A DNA stretch of 30,625 nucleotides from positions 1-30,625 of the forward strand of contig JBDRQI010000028.1 of NCBI GenBank assembly GCA_043826355.1, in the 5' to 3' direction. This stretch comes from Candidatus Omnitrophota bacterium (GTDB lineage: Bacteria; Ratteibacteria; UBA8468; MWAK01). Positions 10,116-19,025 of the stretch are shown here, in pieces. Within the stretch, counting starts at the first letter, position 1. Each line of letters starts with the position of its first letter. The notes under the pieces are model-generated. The model worked only from the letters and a program-made list of their open reading frames with translations. It searched no databases and was not told the DNA's origin. The translations under genes and the position numbers were made by a program.

Positions 10116-10703
10116 CTAATTTCCCAGTTCCCAGCGAATAAATCGACTGATACTAATCTTTTCGCCGATGCGGGCTGTTATTTCGTTAAGGTAATCCTGA
10201 ATGGTTTTCTCCGGTTCCCGGATGAAGACCTGGTTTAAGAGGACGTGCGTCCGGTAGAATTCGGCCAGCTTTCCCTCGAGGGCTTTCTGCCGGCCTTCAC
10301 CTGTTTTGTCTTTAAGCTCTTTTTCCCATATGGTTTTCGCTTCCGCAAGCGTTGTTTCCGAAATTTCCGCTGCTGTTATGCAGGACGGATTGCTGGCAAC
10401 CACCTGGAGACAGATATTTTTGGCAAACACCTGGAATAGTTCGTTGCGCGCCACAAAATCGGTTTCGCAGTTAACCTCTACCAGAACGCCAATCTTCCCG
10501 CCGGTATGAACGTAGCTGGCGATTATCCCGTCATTTGCGGTCCGACCGCTTTTTTTGGCCACAATTTCCAGCCCCCGGTGTTTTAAGAGCGTTTTAGCCT
10601 TACTTATATCTCCGGCCGCTTCATCCAGCGCTTTTTTGCAATCCATCACGCCCAATCCAGTTTCTTCCCGTAATTGTTTGATTATATTGGTGTCAATCTT
10701 CAT
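10116..10703 (-). CDS. tsf: Translation elongation factor Ts (short form)
   Basis: IKQLREETGLGVMDCKKAL and EVNCETDFVA; 195 aa; directly downstream of rpsB. Confidence 0.97.
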   Translation of the reverse strand: MKIDTNIIKQLREETGLGVMDCKKALDEAAGDISKAKTLLKHRGLEIVAKKSGRTANDGIIASYVHTGGKIGVLVEVNCETDFVARNELFQVFAKNICLQVVASNPSCITAAEISETTLAEAKTIWEKELKDKTGEGRQKALEGKLAEFYRTHVLLNQVFIREPEKTIQDYLNEITARIGEKISISRFIRWELGN

Positions 10704-11729
10704 CTATGTCCCCTTTGATGATTTCTTCGTTTTACTATCTTTGACGGTCTTTTTAGCGGTCGTGGTTCGGCGTATTTTTGCCCGGATACGCGGTCTGGGT
10801 TTGGGTTTGTCTGCCGGTTTCTTCTTTTCGGCTGTTTCCGGTTTCTTTTCTTTTACAACGACCGGCTCTACCGGAACTTTTTCTGCAGGTACCGGTTTTA
10901 TTTCTTTTGCGATTGCGGTTTGAACCGGAACCGGTTTGGCTTTTTCCGGTGCCGGGGTTTCCTTTTCCTTCCCGGTCTTCTTCTCGGCTATTTCTTTAAC
11001 GGCTGCCTCTTCCTTTTTCTTGACCGCTTCTTTATTTAAAAGGGCTTTCGCTTCCTGACCAGACTGAATGGCCGCGCCTAATTCGGCGAGCAGGAGGCGC
11101 AAACCTTTAATACCGTCATCATTGGCCGGAATCGGGTAGTCAAGTAAATCCGGGTTGGAATTAGTGTCCACTACGCCGACTATCTGCATGCCCATTTTTT
11201 TGGCTTCCCGGATTGCGTTTTCTTCTTTCCGGGTATCAATTACCAGCATGATATCCGGAATACGTTCCAGTTTGCGAACGCCTTCCAGATTTCGCATCAG
11301 CCGTTCTTTTTCTTTTCGGGCGGTTGAAGCATCTTTTTTGGTCAGTTTTTCAAAGACGCCGGCCGCCTCTTTACTCTCCAGGTCGTTAAGCCGGTCAATC
11401 CGTTTCTTCATGGTCTGGAAGTTGGTCAACGTTCCGCCCAGCCAGCGGTTGGCCATAAAGAGTACTTCCAGGCTCTCCGCAGTGCTTTTTACTAATTCCC
11501 GGGCCTGGCGCTTGGTGCCCACGATTATGATTTTTTTCCCCTCCAAGGTGGATTCCTTGAGAAATTCGCAGGCTTCTTCCAGGCAGGTCTTTGTCTTTTC
11601 CAAATCAATGATGTAGATGCCCTGACGTTTTCCGAAAATAAAGGGTTTCATTCTCGGGTCAAACTGCTTGCTGGGATGGCCGAAATAGAGACCGCTTTCC
11701 AAGAAATCCTTTAAAGTTGCGCTGATCAA
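10704..11729 (-). CDS. rpsB: 30S ribosomal protein S2 with long C-terminal extension
   Basis: IYIIDL, VGTKRQA, RWLGGTLTNF, DTNSNP and IPANDD motifs. TTG start with SD AGGAGG. Confidence 0.96.
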   Translation of the reverse strand: MISATLKDFLESGLYFGHPSKQFDPRMKPFIFGKRQGIYIIDLEKTKTCLEEACEFLKESTLEGKKIIIVGTKRQARELVKSTAESLEVLFMANRWLGGTLTNFQTMKKRIDRLNDLESKEAAGVFEKLTKKDASTARKEKERLMRNLEGVRKLERIPDIMLVIDTRKEENAIREAKKMGMQIVGVVDTNSNPDLLDYPIPANDDGIKGLRLLLAELGAAIQSGQEAKALLNKEAVKKKEEAAVKEIAEKKTGKEKETPAPEKAKPVPVQTAIAKEIKPVPAEKVPVEPVVVKEKKPETAEKKKPADKPKPRPRIRAKIRRTTTAKKTVKDSKTKKSSKGT

Positions 11730-11806
11730 AAGTGCCTCCTGATTATTTTACAACCCCGTGAATTATACAAAAAATTATCGGAAATTATTATTATATCTCA
11801 TTCGGG

Positions 11807-12694
11807 TCAGGAATGCAAGTTACCAAGGCGGTTTTTAATAGCCCTGATGTGTGCCGGAGTAGTACCGCAGCAGCCGCCGATAAATTTCGCGCCGGCATCA
11901 GCCAGTTCTTTTGCCCGGGTTGCCGTTTCTTCCGGATTTTCCGGGAAGACGGTCGTCCCTTCGGAAATCCGCGGCCTTCCGGCATTGGGTTTTGCCCATA
12001 AAGGCAGGCCGCTCTGTTTTTTGAGAGCGGAAATGATGGCTATTGTTTCCCGGCTGTCTCCGCCGCAATTTGTGCCCAGGCTGAAGATTGACTTTCCAAA
12101 TGCCAGCGCTGCGTCTTCCGGACTTTCGCCCATCAGGGTGCGCGGACCTCTTTTTCCAATCGCAAAAGTCAGGGAGACTATGATTGGCAGGGAACTTGTT
12201 TTTGCAATTGCTTCCGTAATTATTTCCGTTTCCTTTATGGAAGAAAACGTTTCTAACAGGAAAAGGTCTATTCCGCTGCCGTCCAGCACGGAAACAACTT
12301 TCTGGTAGCCGGAAGATAATTCTTTTGCGGAAAGGTTTCCCAGGGGCGCCAGAAGTTCTCCGCTGGGTCCGATATCACCGGCAATTAAAACTTGGGTGTT
12401 TCCCCGCGCTTCACGGGCAAGGAGAACCGCCTGGCGGTTTATCTCTTCTGTTTTTTCCGCAAGGTTAAGCCGGGTTAATTTGAAGGGATTTGCGCCGAAG
12501 GTGTTGGTGAGGATTATGCTGCTGCCTGCTTCAAGATATTCCCGGTGGGCTTTCCTGATTGCTTCCGGATTGGAAAGGTTTAAAAGTTCCGGCGGTTGGC
12601 CCGGCAGTAACTCTCCTTTTTCGGCCAGCCAGGTCCCGGTGGCGCCGTCCGTTACCACCACGCGGTTTTCCCGCATAAGTTCCTGTAGTGTCAT
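11807..12694 (-). CDS. Homocysteine S-methyltransferase family protein (stand-alone MetH Hcy-binding domain)
   Basis: DGATGT, YLEAGS, TNTFGAN, LETF, GTNC, PNAG and GGCCGTTP (Zn-binding cysteines intact). Confidence 0.9.
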   Translation of the reverse strand: MTLQELMRENRVVVTDGATGTWLAEKGELLPGQPPELLNLSNPEAIRKAHREYLEAGSSIILTNTFGANPFKLTRLNLAEKTEEINRQAVLLAREARGNTQVLIAGDIGPSGELLAPLGNLSAKELSSGYQKVVSVLDGSGIDLFLLETFSSIKETEIITEAIAKTSSLPIIVSLTFAIGKRGPRTLMGESPEDAALAFGKSIFSLGTNCGGDSRETIAIISALKKQSGLPLWAKPNAGRPRISEGTTVFPENPEETATRAKELADAGAKFIGGCCGTTPAHIRAIKNRLGNLHS

Positions 12695-12708
12695 GTCTGG
12701 TTTTTTGT

Positions 12709-12762
12709 GTGGGGGCGGGGCTATGTTCCCGCCCGTGGGAGGGGGCGTAACCCCTCCCCTGC
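12709..12762. repeat. GTRG-type REP inverted doublet
   Basis: GTGGGGGCGGGGCTATGTTCCCGCCC followed by GGGAGGGGGCGTAACCCCTCCCCTGC. Overlaps the last codons and stop of the PHP gene. Confidence 0.7.
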
Positions 12763-13941
12763 AAATCTGTTTCCTTGCACCGTGTGTTCCCAGAGCAACT
12801 GCCCCGCTTTCCGGAAATATTCAAGATAAGGCCGCAGTTCCGGCGCATCAAAGTTATCCACCAGGGGCTGGCCGTACTTATTCATTTCCGTGCCGGCAAT
12901 CACCGGCATCTTCAGTCGCCGCGCCGCTGCCATCACCGCGTTCAGATTAGCCACCTTAACCGCTCTTTCCGCCGGGTCCTTCAGGTTATAATTTCGTTCC
13001 GGAACAACGTTGAGTATACTCATTCCCTTTTCTTTTATAAAAAGAAGTAATTTCTCCGGGTCTTTTTCGGCTTCGCTGGTTCCGTCCAGCCAGGTCCCGG
13101 TAGGGATGGCGCCGGTTGCGCTTATCATTTCCACCACTTCCTCAACAGAGGGAAAAGTTTCCGGACCCGGCTTAACGTAACCAACCCCCTCGCCTTTCAT
13201 TAATTTGGAACGTAAAAGTTCCTGAAAATCGTGCGGTTTCTCCAGCTTTGCCGCAACCGTTTCGGCTGGAAGTTTGAGTATTTCAGACCAGAATGCTGTC
13301 CGTTTTTCCATTTCCGGAAAGACCGCTGATGCCTTTTGGTTATAGGCGGACAGGATGTGCCTTTCGGTTGCGTTGCCCCTTGGCGTCAGCGGAAACACGT
13401 CATTTTCGTAATCAATTGTAACCGGGTTCAGGTATTCATTAACTTTTTCGATAACCAGCAGGTTGCGCGATTTTGCCCGTTCTCGGAGAGAGTCCAGAGT
13501 CATTTCTGCCCGGCTGCCTTTTTCCGGTTGGCGGAAGAAGCCGGTACCCATCAGGTAAAATATGCCGGGTTCTCCCGGTGAGTTTATAACCCGGTCCCGG
13601 TATTCCTTGATAAAGACCCGGGTCTCTATTCCAACCTCGGCCTTCATCCCCAAAATCTGCGCCGCGCCAAGCGTCTCTTCCAGGCCGTCAAGTACATCAA
13701 AATCAACGATACCGGCCATTTCCAGCCCCAGGGAGAATGCTTCCCAGAGAAAGCGGGAGGGTGAAAATCCGTATGCGTTAAAGGAGAAGAAGGTATGGCC
13801 GTGCAGGTTGACCCACCCCCGGCCCGGCGCTGTTTTAACCACCCCTTTTTCCGCCAGCGTCTTTAACTCCCGCAATGCTTTTTCCCTGGATTCGGGGTCA
13901 AAGTCGTCTAATTGCCGAACAAGTTTTTTAATCTTTTCCAT
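12721..13941 (-). CDS. PHP domain-containing metallo-hydrolase-like protein
   Basis: NLHGHT (PHP HxH), GIVDFD and GIE motifs. N-terminal HEAT-like segment LVRQLDDFDPESREKALREL. Confidence 0.7.
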   Translation of the reverse strand: MEKIKKLVRQLDDFDPESREKALRELKTLAEKGVVKTAPGRGWVNLHGHTFFSFNAYGFSPSRFLWEAFSLGLEMAGIVDFDVLDGLEETLGAAQILGMKAEVGIETRVFIKEYRDRVINSPGEPGIFYLMGTGFFRQPEKGSRAEMTLDSLRERAKSRNLLVIEKVNEYLNPVTIDYENDVFPLTPRGNATERHILSAYNQKASAVFPEMEKRTAFWSEILKLPAETVAAKLEKPHDFQELLRSKLMKGEGVGYVKPGPETFPSVEEVVEMISATGAIPTGTWLDGTSEAEKDPEKLLLFIKEKGMSILNVVPERNYNLKDPAERAVKVANLNAVMAAARRLKMPVIAGTEMNKYGQPLVDNFDAPELRPYLEYFRKAGQLLWEHTVQGNRFAGEGLRPLPRAGT

Positions 13942-14015
13942 GTTTTTAGATTTTTTTCAAGCGAGGCGTGTTTCTTTTGTAGCACTTCGCTTTGTAGTAC
14001 CGTTCTTTTTGACTC

Positions 14016-14196
14016 AAGCGAGGGTATCTGGTAAGCAGAACTTAGCGGAGAGACGGAAACAAGACAAGCAATATGACGGTTTGAGTATCCGGGGCTCGCC
14101 TTGAATTTTAGGCGGGAACACGGAGAGTCTCAAGCCGGAATTGCGTAGTCTTGTCCGGCTCGCAGGTTGTTCGGCAAACCAGACACCCGAGCGCTT
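14016..14196. ncRNA. Candidate structured RNA or palindromic element (~180-nt imperfect rod)
   Basis: Nested pairings 14022-14032/14178-14188, 14059-14065/14148-14154, 14068-14072/14140-14144, 14077-14085/14129-14137 and 14095-14101/14110-14116. Identity unknown. Confidence 0.5.
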
Positions 14197-14212
14197 TATT
14201 GTATAATTATCG

Positions 14213-14242
14213 TTGACTAAAAGGCAAGTTTTGGAATATAAT
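14213..14242 (+). promoter_or_regulatory. sigma70-type promoter for dapB
   Basis: TTGACT(14213-14218)-18-TATAAT(14237-14242), 9 nt before the ATG. Confidence 0.7.
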
Positions 14243-14251
14243 TTAAATACT

Positions 14252-15070
14252 ATGGCGCTTAGATTAGTTGTATCCGGAGCCGCCGGCCGAATGGGCAAAG
14301 CAATAATCGGGCTTTTGTCCGAGTATCCGCAAGTTATTCTGGTCGGCGCCCTGGAAAGAGACGGACATCCGGATTTGGGCCAGCTCGTCTGGGCCCAGGC
14401 TTCGCCGAGGCGAGCGAAGGCTGACCGAGAGACGGCGGCCGGGATAAGGATTTCCGCCGACGTGGAAAAGGCGCTGTCCGGCGCTGACCTTTTGATTGAT
14501 TTCACCTCCCCGTCCGCTACCCTGAACCAGCTCAGGGTCTGCCGGAAATTGAAAAAAAGAATTGTAATCGGCACCACCGGATTTACAGAACCGGAATCGG
14601 CAGAGATAAGAGCGGCATCCGCTGAAGTTCCGGTCTTGATTTCGCCCAACATGAGTTTAGGCGTGAACCTTCTCTTCCGCCTGGTTTCCGAATCTGCCCA
14701 AAAACTCCCCGGGTATCAGGTGGAGATTATAGAGGCGCACCATGACCAGAAGGTTGATGCGCCCAGCGGCACCGCCAAAAAATTAGCCGAGATTGTGGCC
14801 GCGGCTCACGGCGATGATTTGGCCGCGGCGGCGGTTTACGGAAGGCAGGGCCGACCCGGTCCCAGGAAGCCGTCCGAAATCGGCATTCACGCTCTCCGGC
14901 TGGGCGATGTGGTTGGTGAACACACCGTCATCTTCGCCGCTTCCGGCGAACGTATTGAACTTACCCACAAAGCCGGTTCCCGTAACATTCTTGCCTCCGG
15001 CGCCATCAAGGCCGCGCTCTTTTTAAGCAAGCAGAAACCCGGTCTTTATTCCATGTCGGATTTAATTTAA
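14252..15070 (+). CDS. dapB: 4-hydroxy-tetrahydrodipicolinate reductase
   Basis: GAAGRMG, IDFT, VIGTTG, PNMSLGVN, EAHHDQKVDAPSGTA and GEHTV motifs. Start ATG 14252. Confidence 0.97.
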   Translation: MALRLVVSGAAGRMGKAIIGLLSEYPQVILVGALERDGHPDLGQLVWAQASPRRAKADRETAAGIRISADVEKALSGADLLIDFTSPSATLNQLRVCRKLKKRIVIGTTGFTEPESAEIRAASAEVPVLISPNMSLGVNLLFRLVSESAQKLPGYQVEIIEAHHDQKVDAPSGTAKKLAEIVAAAHGDDLAAAAVYGRQGRPGPRKPSEIGIHALRLGDVVGEHTVIFAASGERIELTHKAGSRNILASGAIKAALFLSKQKPGLYSMSDLI

Positions 15071-15090
15071 TTACAGGAAAAGCACTTTTT

Positions 15091-15185
15091 GGACACAGAT
15101 ATACGCAGGAAACTGCCGGCCGGAGGGATATTTAAGAAATTTTTTGTTATGCTTTACCTGCGAAGATCTGCGGTAATCTGCGTCC
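15091..15185. repeat. CGCAGAT/ATCTGCG-type inverted intergenic repeat
   Basis: GGACACAGATATACGCAG ... CTGCGAAGATCTGCGGTAATCTGCGTCC, inverted with iterated CTGCG units. Confidence 0.6.
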
Positions 15186-15194
15186 TATAAATTC

Positions 15195-16364
15195 ATGACG
15201 ATTAAATTCAACCGGCGGCTTCAAAAACTACCGCCCTACCTCTTTATCGAGATAGACCGGAAAAAGAGAAAATTACAGGAATCCGGAGTCGATGTCATCG
15301 ACTTCGGTATCGGCGACCCGGATACACCCACCCCGGATTTTGTGATTTCCGCGATGCAGGAGGCGGTGGCCAGGCCGGAGTACCATCGTTATCCGCTGGG
15401 ACGGGGAAAGATTTTCTTTCGCCAGGCCTGTGCCGCCTGGTTTGAAAAACGTTTCGGCGTTGCTTTGAACCCGGATAAAGAGGTCGTTGCCTTAATCGGT
15501 TCCAAAGAGGGTATCGGCCACCTGCCTTTTGCTTTCCTTAATCAGGACGAGGTTACCCTGACGCCGGAACCGGGGTATCCGGTTTACGGAAACGCCACCA
15601 TTATGGCCGGAGGCGAACCGTTCTTTATGCCGCTGAAGGAAGCCAACGGGTTCCTGCCGGACCTTTCCGCCATTCCGGGTTCCGTTCTCAAAAAGGCGCG
15701 CCTTATCTTTCTTAACTATCCCAACAACCCTACCGGCGCTGCGGCCCCGGATTCTTTCTGGAAGGAAGCGATCTCTTTCTGCGGGAAACACGGTATAATC
15801 CTGGCTTCCGATGCCGCCTATTCGGAGGTCTATTACGGAGAAAGGTCAAAGAGCCTGTTTCAGTTCCCCGGCGGGAAAGAGGTAGGCGTTGAGTTCCATT
15901 CCCTTTCCAAAACGTTCAACATGACCGGTTGGCGCGTTGGTTTTGCCTGCGGCAACGAAAAGGTTCTGGCCGGTCTTGCTGCCGTAAAGGAAAACCTGGA
16001 TTCCGGGGTTTTCGAGGCGATTCAGGCAGCCGGTTCAGCCGCGCTGGCCGCGTCGGAAGAGTTTACCGAAGGGTTACGCCGGATGTATCGCTTCCGGATG
16101 GAGACGCTGGTCTCCGGGCTGAATAAACTCGGAATTTCCTGCCGCATTCCGGCCGGTACATTTTACCTGTGGGTAAAAACGCCGGAGGGAGAGAATTCTA
16201 CCCAATTCTCCACCAGGCTTCTGGAGAAGTTCGGGATTATAACGACTCCCGGCCGCGGTTTTGGTTCGAGCGGAGACGGCTACGTCCGGTTTTCAATCAC
16301 GCTGGACGAAAGCCGCATTAAAGAAGCATTAAGTCGTCTTTCTAAACATAACGTGTCATCCTGA
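15195..16364 (+). CDS. dapL: LL-diaminopimelate aminotransferase
   Basis: LPPYLF, GIGDPD, LIGSKEGI, NYPNNPTG, DAAY and SLSKTFNMTGWRVG (PLP Lys); follows dapB. Confidence 0.85.
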   Translation: MTIKFNRRLQKLPPYLFIEIDRKKRKLQESGVDVIDFGIGDPDTPTPDFVISAMQEAVARPEYHRYPLGRGKIFFRQACAAWFEKRFGVALNPDKEVVALIGSKEGIGHLPFAFLNQDEVTLTPEPGYPVYGNATIMAGGEPFFMPLKEANGFLPDLSAIPGSVLKKARLIFLNYPNNPTGAAAPDSFWKEAISFCGKHGIILASDAAYSEVYYGERSKSLFQFPGGKEVGVEFHSLSKTFNMTGWRVGFACGNEKVLAGLAAVKENLDSGVFEAIQAAGSAALAASEEFTEGLRRMYRFRMETLVSGLNKLGISCRIPAGTFYLWVKTPEGENSTQFSTRLLEKFGIITTPGRGFGSSGDGYVRFSITLDESRIKEALSRLSKHNVSS

Positions 16365-16424
16365 GCTGCAGTTGCGAAGGACCTCGTTTTTAACACGGGA
16401 CTCTTCGTTTCGCTCAGAATGACA
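16354..16424. repeat. TGTCATCCTGAG...CTCAGAATGACA REP doublet
   Basis: Same family as 1-221. Supplies the dapL TGA stop (16362-16364). Confidence 0.85.
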
Positions 16425-16446
16425 ATAAATTGCCAATGAGGTATCT

Positions 16447-16875
16447 ATGGCTAAAATTGCAATTGTAGTCGGCAGTGAATCAGACCTTCCATTCGTTGCG
16501 ACTGCAGAAGAAGTTTTGAAAGAGAACCAGGTACCGTACGATATAAAGGTTCTTTCCGCACACCGTAAACCGGACGAAACCGCGGAATTCAGCCGCAAGG
16601 CAGCCGGAAGGGGCGTTAAAGTAATTATTGCGGCGGCAGGCCTTTCCGCAGCCCTGCCCGGCTTTATCGCCAGCCACACTGCTTTACCGGTAATCGGCAT
16701 CCCGGTGGTAACCGGTCCGTTAAACGGAGTTGACGCCTTGCTTTCCATTTTGCAGATGCCTTCCGGCGTGCCGCTGGCAACCGTAGGGTTGGGCAAGCAG
16801 GGTCCTAAAAACGCCGCGTTATTGGCGCTGCGTATTCTGAATCTTTTAGAAGGAAGAACAAAGGAGGAGAAATAA
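16447..16875 (+). CDS. purE: N5-carboxyaminoimidazole ribonucleotide mutase
   Basis: GSESD, SAHR, AAAGLSAALPG, PVIGIP and QMPSGVP motifs. Confidence 0.96.
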   Translation: MAKIAIVVGSESDLPFVATAEEVLKENQVPYDIKVLSAHRKPDETAEFSRKAAGRGVKVIIAAAGLSAALPGFIASHTALPVIGIPVVTGPLNGVDALLSILQMPSGVPLATVGLGKQGPKNAALLALRILNLLEGRTKEEK

Positions 16876-17898
16876 ATGAAAATCGGCATGCTGACAGGTG
16901 GCGGTGATTGCCCGGGTTTGAACCCGGCGATCCGGGGCTGTGTATACAGAGCCATGGGTTTCGGTTACGAATGCATCGGTTTTTTGGAAGGTTGGAAAGG
17001 GCTGGCCGAAGGAAACTCAAAACCTCTGGGTCTGGCCGAAGTGGAACAGATTGTTGATAAAGGCGGTACAATTTTGGGAACCAGCCGGTACAATCCGTTC
17101 AAGAAAGAAGGCGGTCCGGAAGCGGTGGAAGAGACGATTAAGAAGTTTTCGCTCGATGCCCTGGTGGCGATGGGCGGCGAGGATACTTTAGGCGTGGCCA
17201 GCAAACTATTTCAGCGGGGCGTCAAGGTGGTCGGGGTTCCCAAAACCATGGACAATGACCTATCCGGCACTGATTACACTTTTGGTTTTGACACCTCGGT
17301 GACCCGGGCCCTGGATGCCTGTCGTTCTCTGATTGATACCGGGACCAGCCACCGCCGGGTGATGGTTCTGGAAGTGATGGGACGGCACGCCGGTTGGGTG
17401 GCGCTTTTTACCGCTATGGCTTCCGGCGCCGACTGGGTTCTTTTGCCGGAATTCAAAGCGGATTCTGCCGCGATGGTCAATCACATCAAGAAGGTCTACC
17501 AGCGGAAAAAGTTCGGTTTGATCGTTGTTTCGGAAGGGGCGGAATTTCAGGACGATGAATCTGAAAAGCAGGTTAAGGACGAGTTTGGCCATATAATTTT
17601 GCAGAAGCGCTGCCTGGGCGAAAAGATTGCCAAATATGTGGAGAGTGAGACCGGAATTGAGACCCGGTCTTCGGTAATCGGCCACATGCAGCGCGGAGGC
17701 GCGCCAACCCTTTTTGACCGGATTTTGGGCCTGCGGGTCGGCGTCAAAGCAGCCGAACTGGTTTCCGAAGGAAAGTTCGGAATGATGGCTGCCCTTAAGG
17801 GGCAGGAAGTTCTGGCGGTACCGCTTTCGGATGCGGTTAACAACCTGAAGGTGGTTGACCTGAAGTGGTACGAACTGGCCCAGGTCTTTTTTAAGTGA
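16876..17898 (+). CDS. 6-phosphofructokinase, PfkA superfamily, likely PPi-dependent type
   Basis: GGGDCPGLN, GGEDT, PKTMDND, EVMGR and GHMQRGG motifs; SD AAGGAGG. Confidence 0.9.
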   Translation: MKIGMLTGGGDCPGLNPAIRGCVYRAMGFGYECIGFLEGWKGLAEGNSKPLGLAEVEQIVDKGGTILGTSRYNPFKKEGGPEAVEETIKKFSLDALVAMGGEDTLGVASKLFQRGVKVVGVPKTMDNDLSGTDYTFGFDTSVTRALDACRSLIDTGTSHRRVMVLEVMGRHAGWVALFTAMASGADWVLLPEFKADSAAMVNHIKKVYQRKKFGLIVVSEGAEFQDDESEKQVKDEFGHIILQKRCLGEKIAKYVESETGIETRSSVIGHMQRGGAPTLFDRILGLRVGVKAAELVSEGKFGMMAALKGQEVLAVPLSDAVNNLKVVDLKWYELAQVFFK

Positions 17899-17912
17899 CG
17901 CAAAGCACTTTG

Positions 17913-18021
17913 TGTCATCCTGAGGGCAAAGCCCGAAGGATCTCGTATTTAAAATTAGATTCTTCGCTGGCGCTCAAGGATGACAAATTACGTTAGATTC
18001 TTCGTTTTACTCAGAATGACA
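17913..18021. repeat. TGTCATCCTGAG-family REP cluster (one left unit, two right units)
   Basis: TGTCATCCTGAGGGCAAAGCCCGAAGGATCT, then AGATTCTTCG...GGATGACA and AGATTCTTCG...AGAATGACA. Confidence 0.85.
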
Positions 18022-18028
18022 ACAATTT

Positions 18029-18985
18029 ATGCGCATAGCAGTCTTGACTACCGGCGGTGATGCGCCGGGGATGAATGCCGCCATCCGGGCGGTGGTGCGC
18101 CGGGCGCTCTCTTTAGAATGGGAGGTTTGGGGCGTAGAACGTGGTTTCCAGGGAATGTTTGAGGATGATTTCCACCGGATGGACCACGGCGCGGTCAGCG
18201 GTATCATCAATCACGGCGGCACTATCCTGAAGACGCTGCGTTGCCCCGGGTTCCGGGAAGAAGGATTCCGCCGGGAGTGTTACCGTAAACTGAAGCAGCG
18301 GCAGATAGAAGGCCTGGTGGTTATCGGCGGGGATGGTTCCCTGGCTGCCTGCCGGGTCATCTCTTCGGAAACAGGGATGCCTATCTCCTTTGTGCCGGCC
18401 AGCATTGATAACGACATCGCCGGAACCGACGAAACGATCGGGTTTGACACCGCGGTTAACACCGCCCTGGATGCCATCGATAAGATTCGGGATACGGCTA
18501 CTAGCCACGAGAGAGTTTTTCTAATAGAGGTGATGGGGCGGGAGAAGGGATTTTTGGCGTTAGCGGTAGGGCTTGCTGATGGGGCCGAGATTATTCTGGT
18601 CCCGGAGATTCCGTTCCGGACGGACGAGGTACTTGCGCAATTTTTAGAGGGAAGAAAAAAGGGCAAACGGAGCATGATTGCGGTGGTTGCCGAAGGCGCG
18701 GCCGAAGTTTCAACGCTTGCCAAAAAGATACAGGGCGGTTACCCGGGTGAGGTACGATATTCTATTCTGGGTTATGTTCAGCGCGGGGGCGCGCCGTCAG
18801 CCCGCAGCCGGCACCTGGCTTTTCTTTTCGGAGCCAGGGCCGTGGAAGCGCTTGCCGAGGGTAAAGGAGCGGTTTTTGTCGGTTTGCAAGCCAATAAGGT
18901 GGTTACCAGAAATCTGGTTGATACCTGCGAAAAAAAGGAATTAGACCGGGAAACTTTCCGTCTCGCCCACATCCTTGCCGCTTAA
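18029..18985 (+). CDS. pfkA: ATP-dependent 6-phosphofructokinase
   Basis: TGGDAPGMNAAIR, GGDGS, PASIDND, GFDTA, EVMGR and LGYVQRGG motifs. Confidence 0.92.
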   Translation: MRIAVLTTGGDAPGMNAAIRAVVRRALSLEWEVWGVERGFQGMFEDDFHRMDHGAVSGIINHGGTILKTLRCPGFREEGFRRECYRKLKQRQIEGLVVIGGDGSLAACRVISSETGMPISFVPASIDNDIAGTDETIGFDTAVNTALDAIDKIRDTATSHERVFLIEVMGREKGFLALAVGLADGAEIILVPEIPFRTDEVLAQFLEGRKKGKRSMIAVVAEGAAEVSTLAKKIQGGYPGEVRYSILGYVQRGGAPSARSRHLAFLFGARAVEALAEGKGAVFVGLQANKVVTRNLVDTCEKKELDRETFRLAHILAA

Positions 18986-18990
18986 AAATC

Positions 18991-19022
18991 TGTCATTCCC
19001 GCGGACAGTAAGCGGGAATCCA
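18991..19022. repeat. TGTCATTCCCGCG...GCGGGAATCC short palindromic repeat
   Basis: ATTCCCGC/GCGGGAAT stem between convergent pfkA and rex; may act as a terminator. Confidence 0.7.
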
Positions 19023-19025
19023 TGC

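Noticed and set aside
14016..14196. Lysine riboswitch or T-box controlling dapB
   Set aside because: AGTA and AGGCGGGAACACG give only superficial similarity. There is no UGGN antiterminator or full L-box, and dapB has its own promoter downstream of the element.
12396..14652. Long antisense ORFs (12396-12950, 13562-14104, 14014-14652 and similar elsewhere)
   Set aside because: Shadow frames of well-supported genes with no recognisable motifs.
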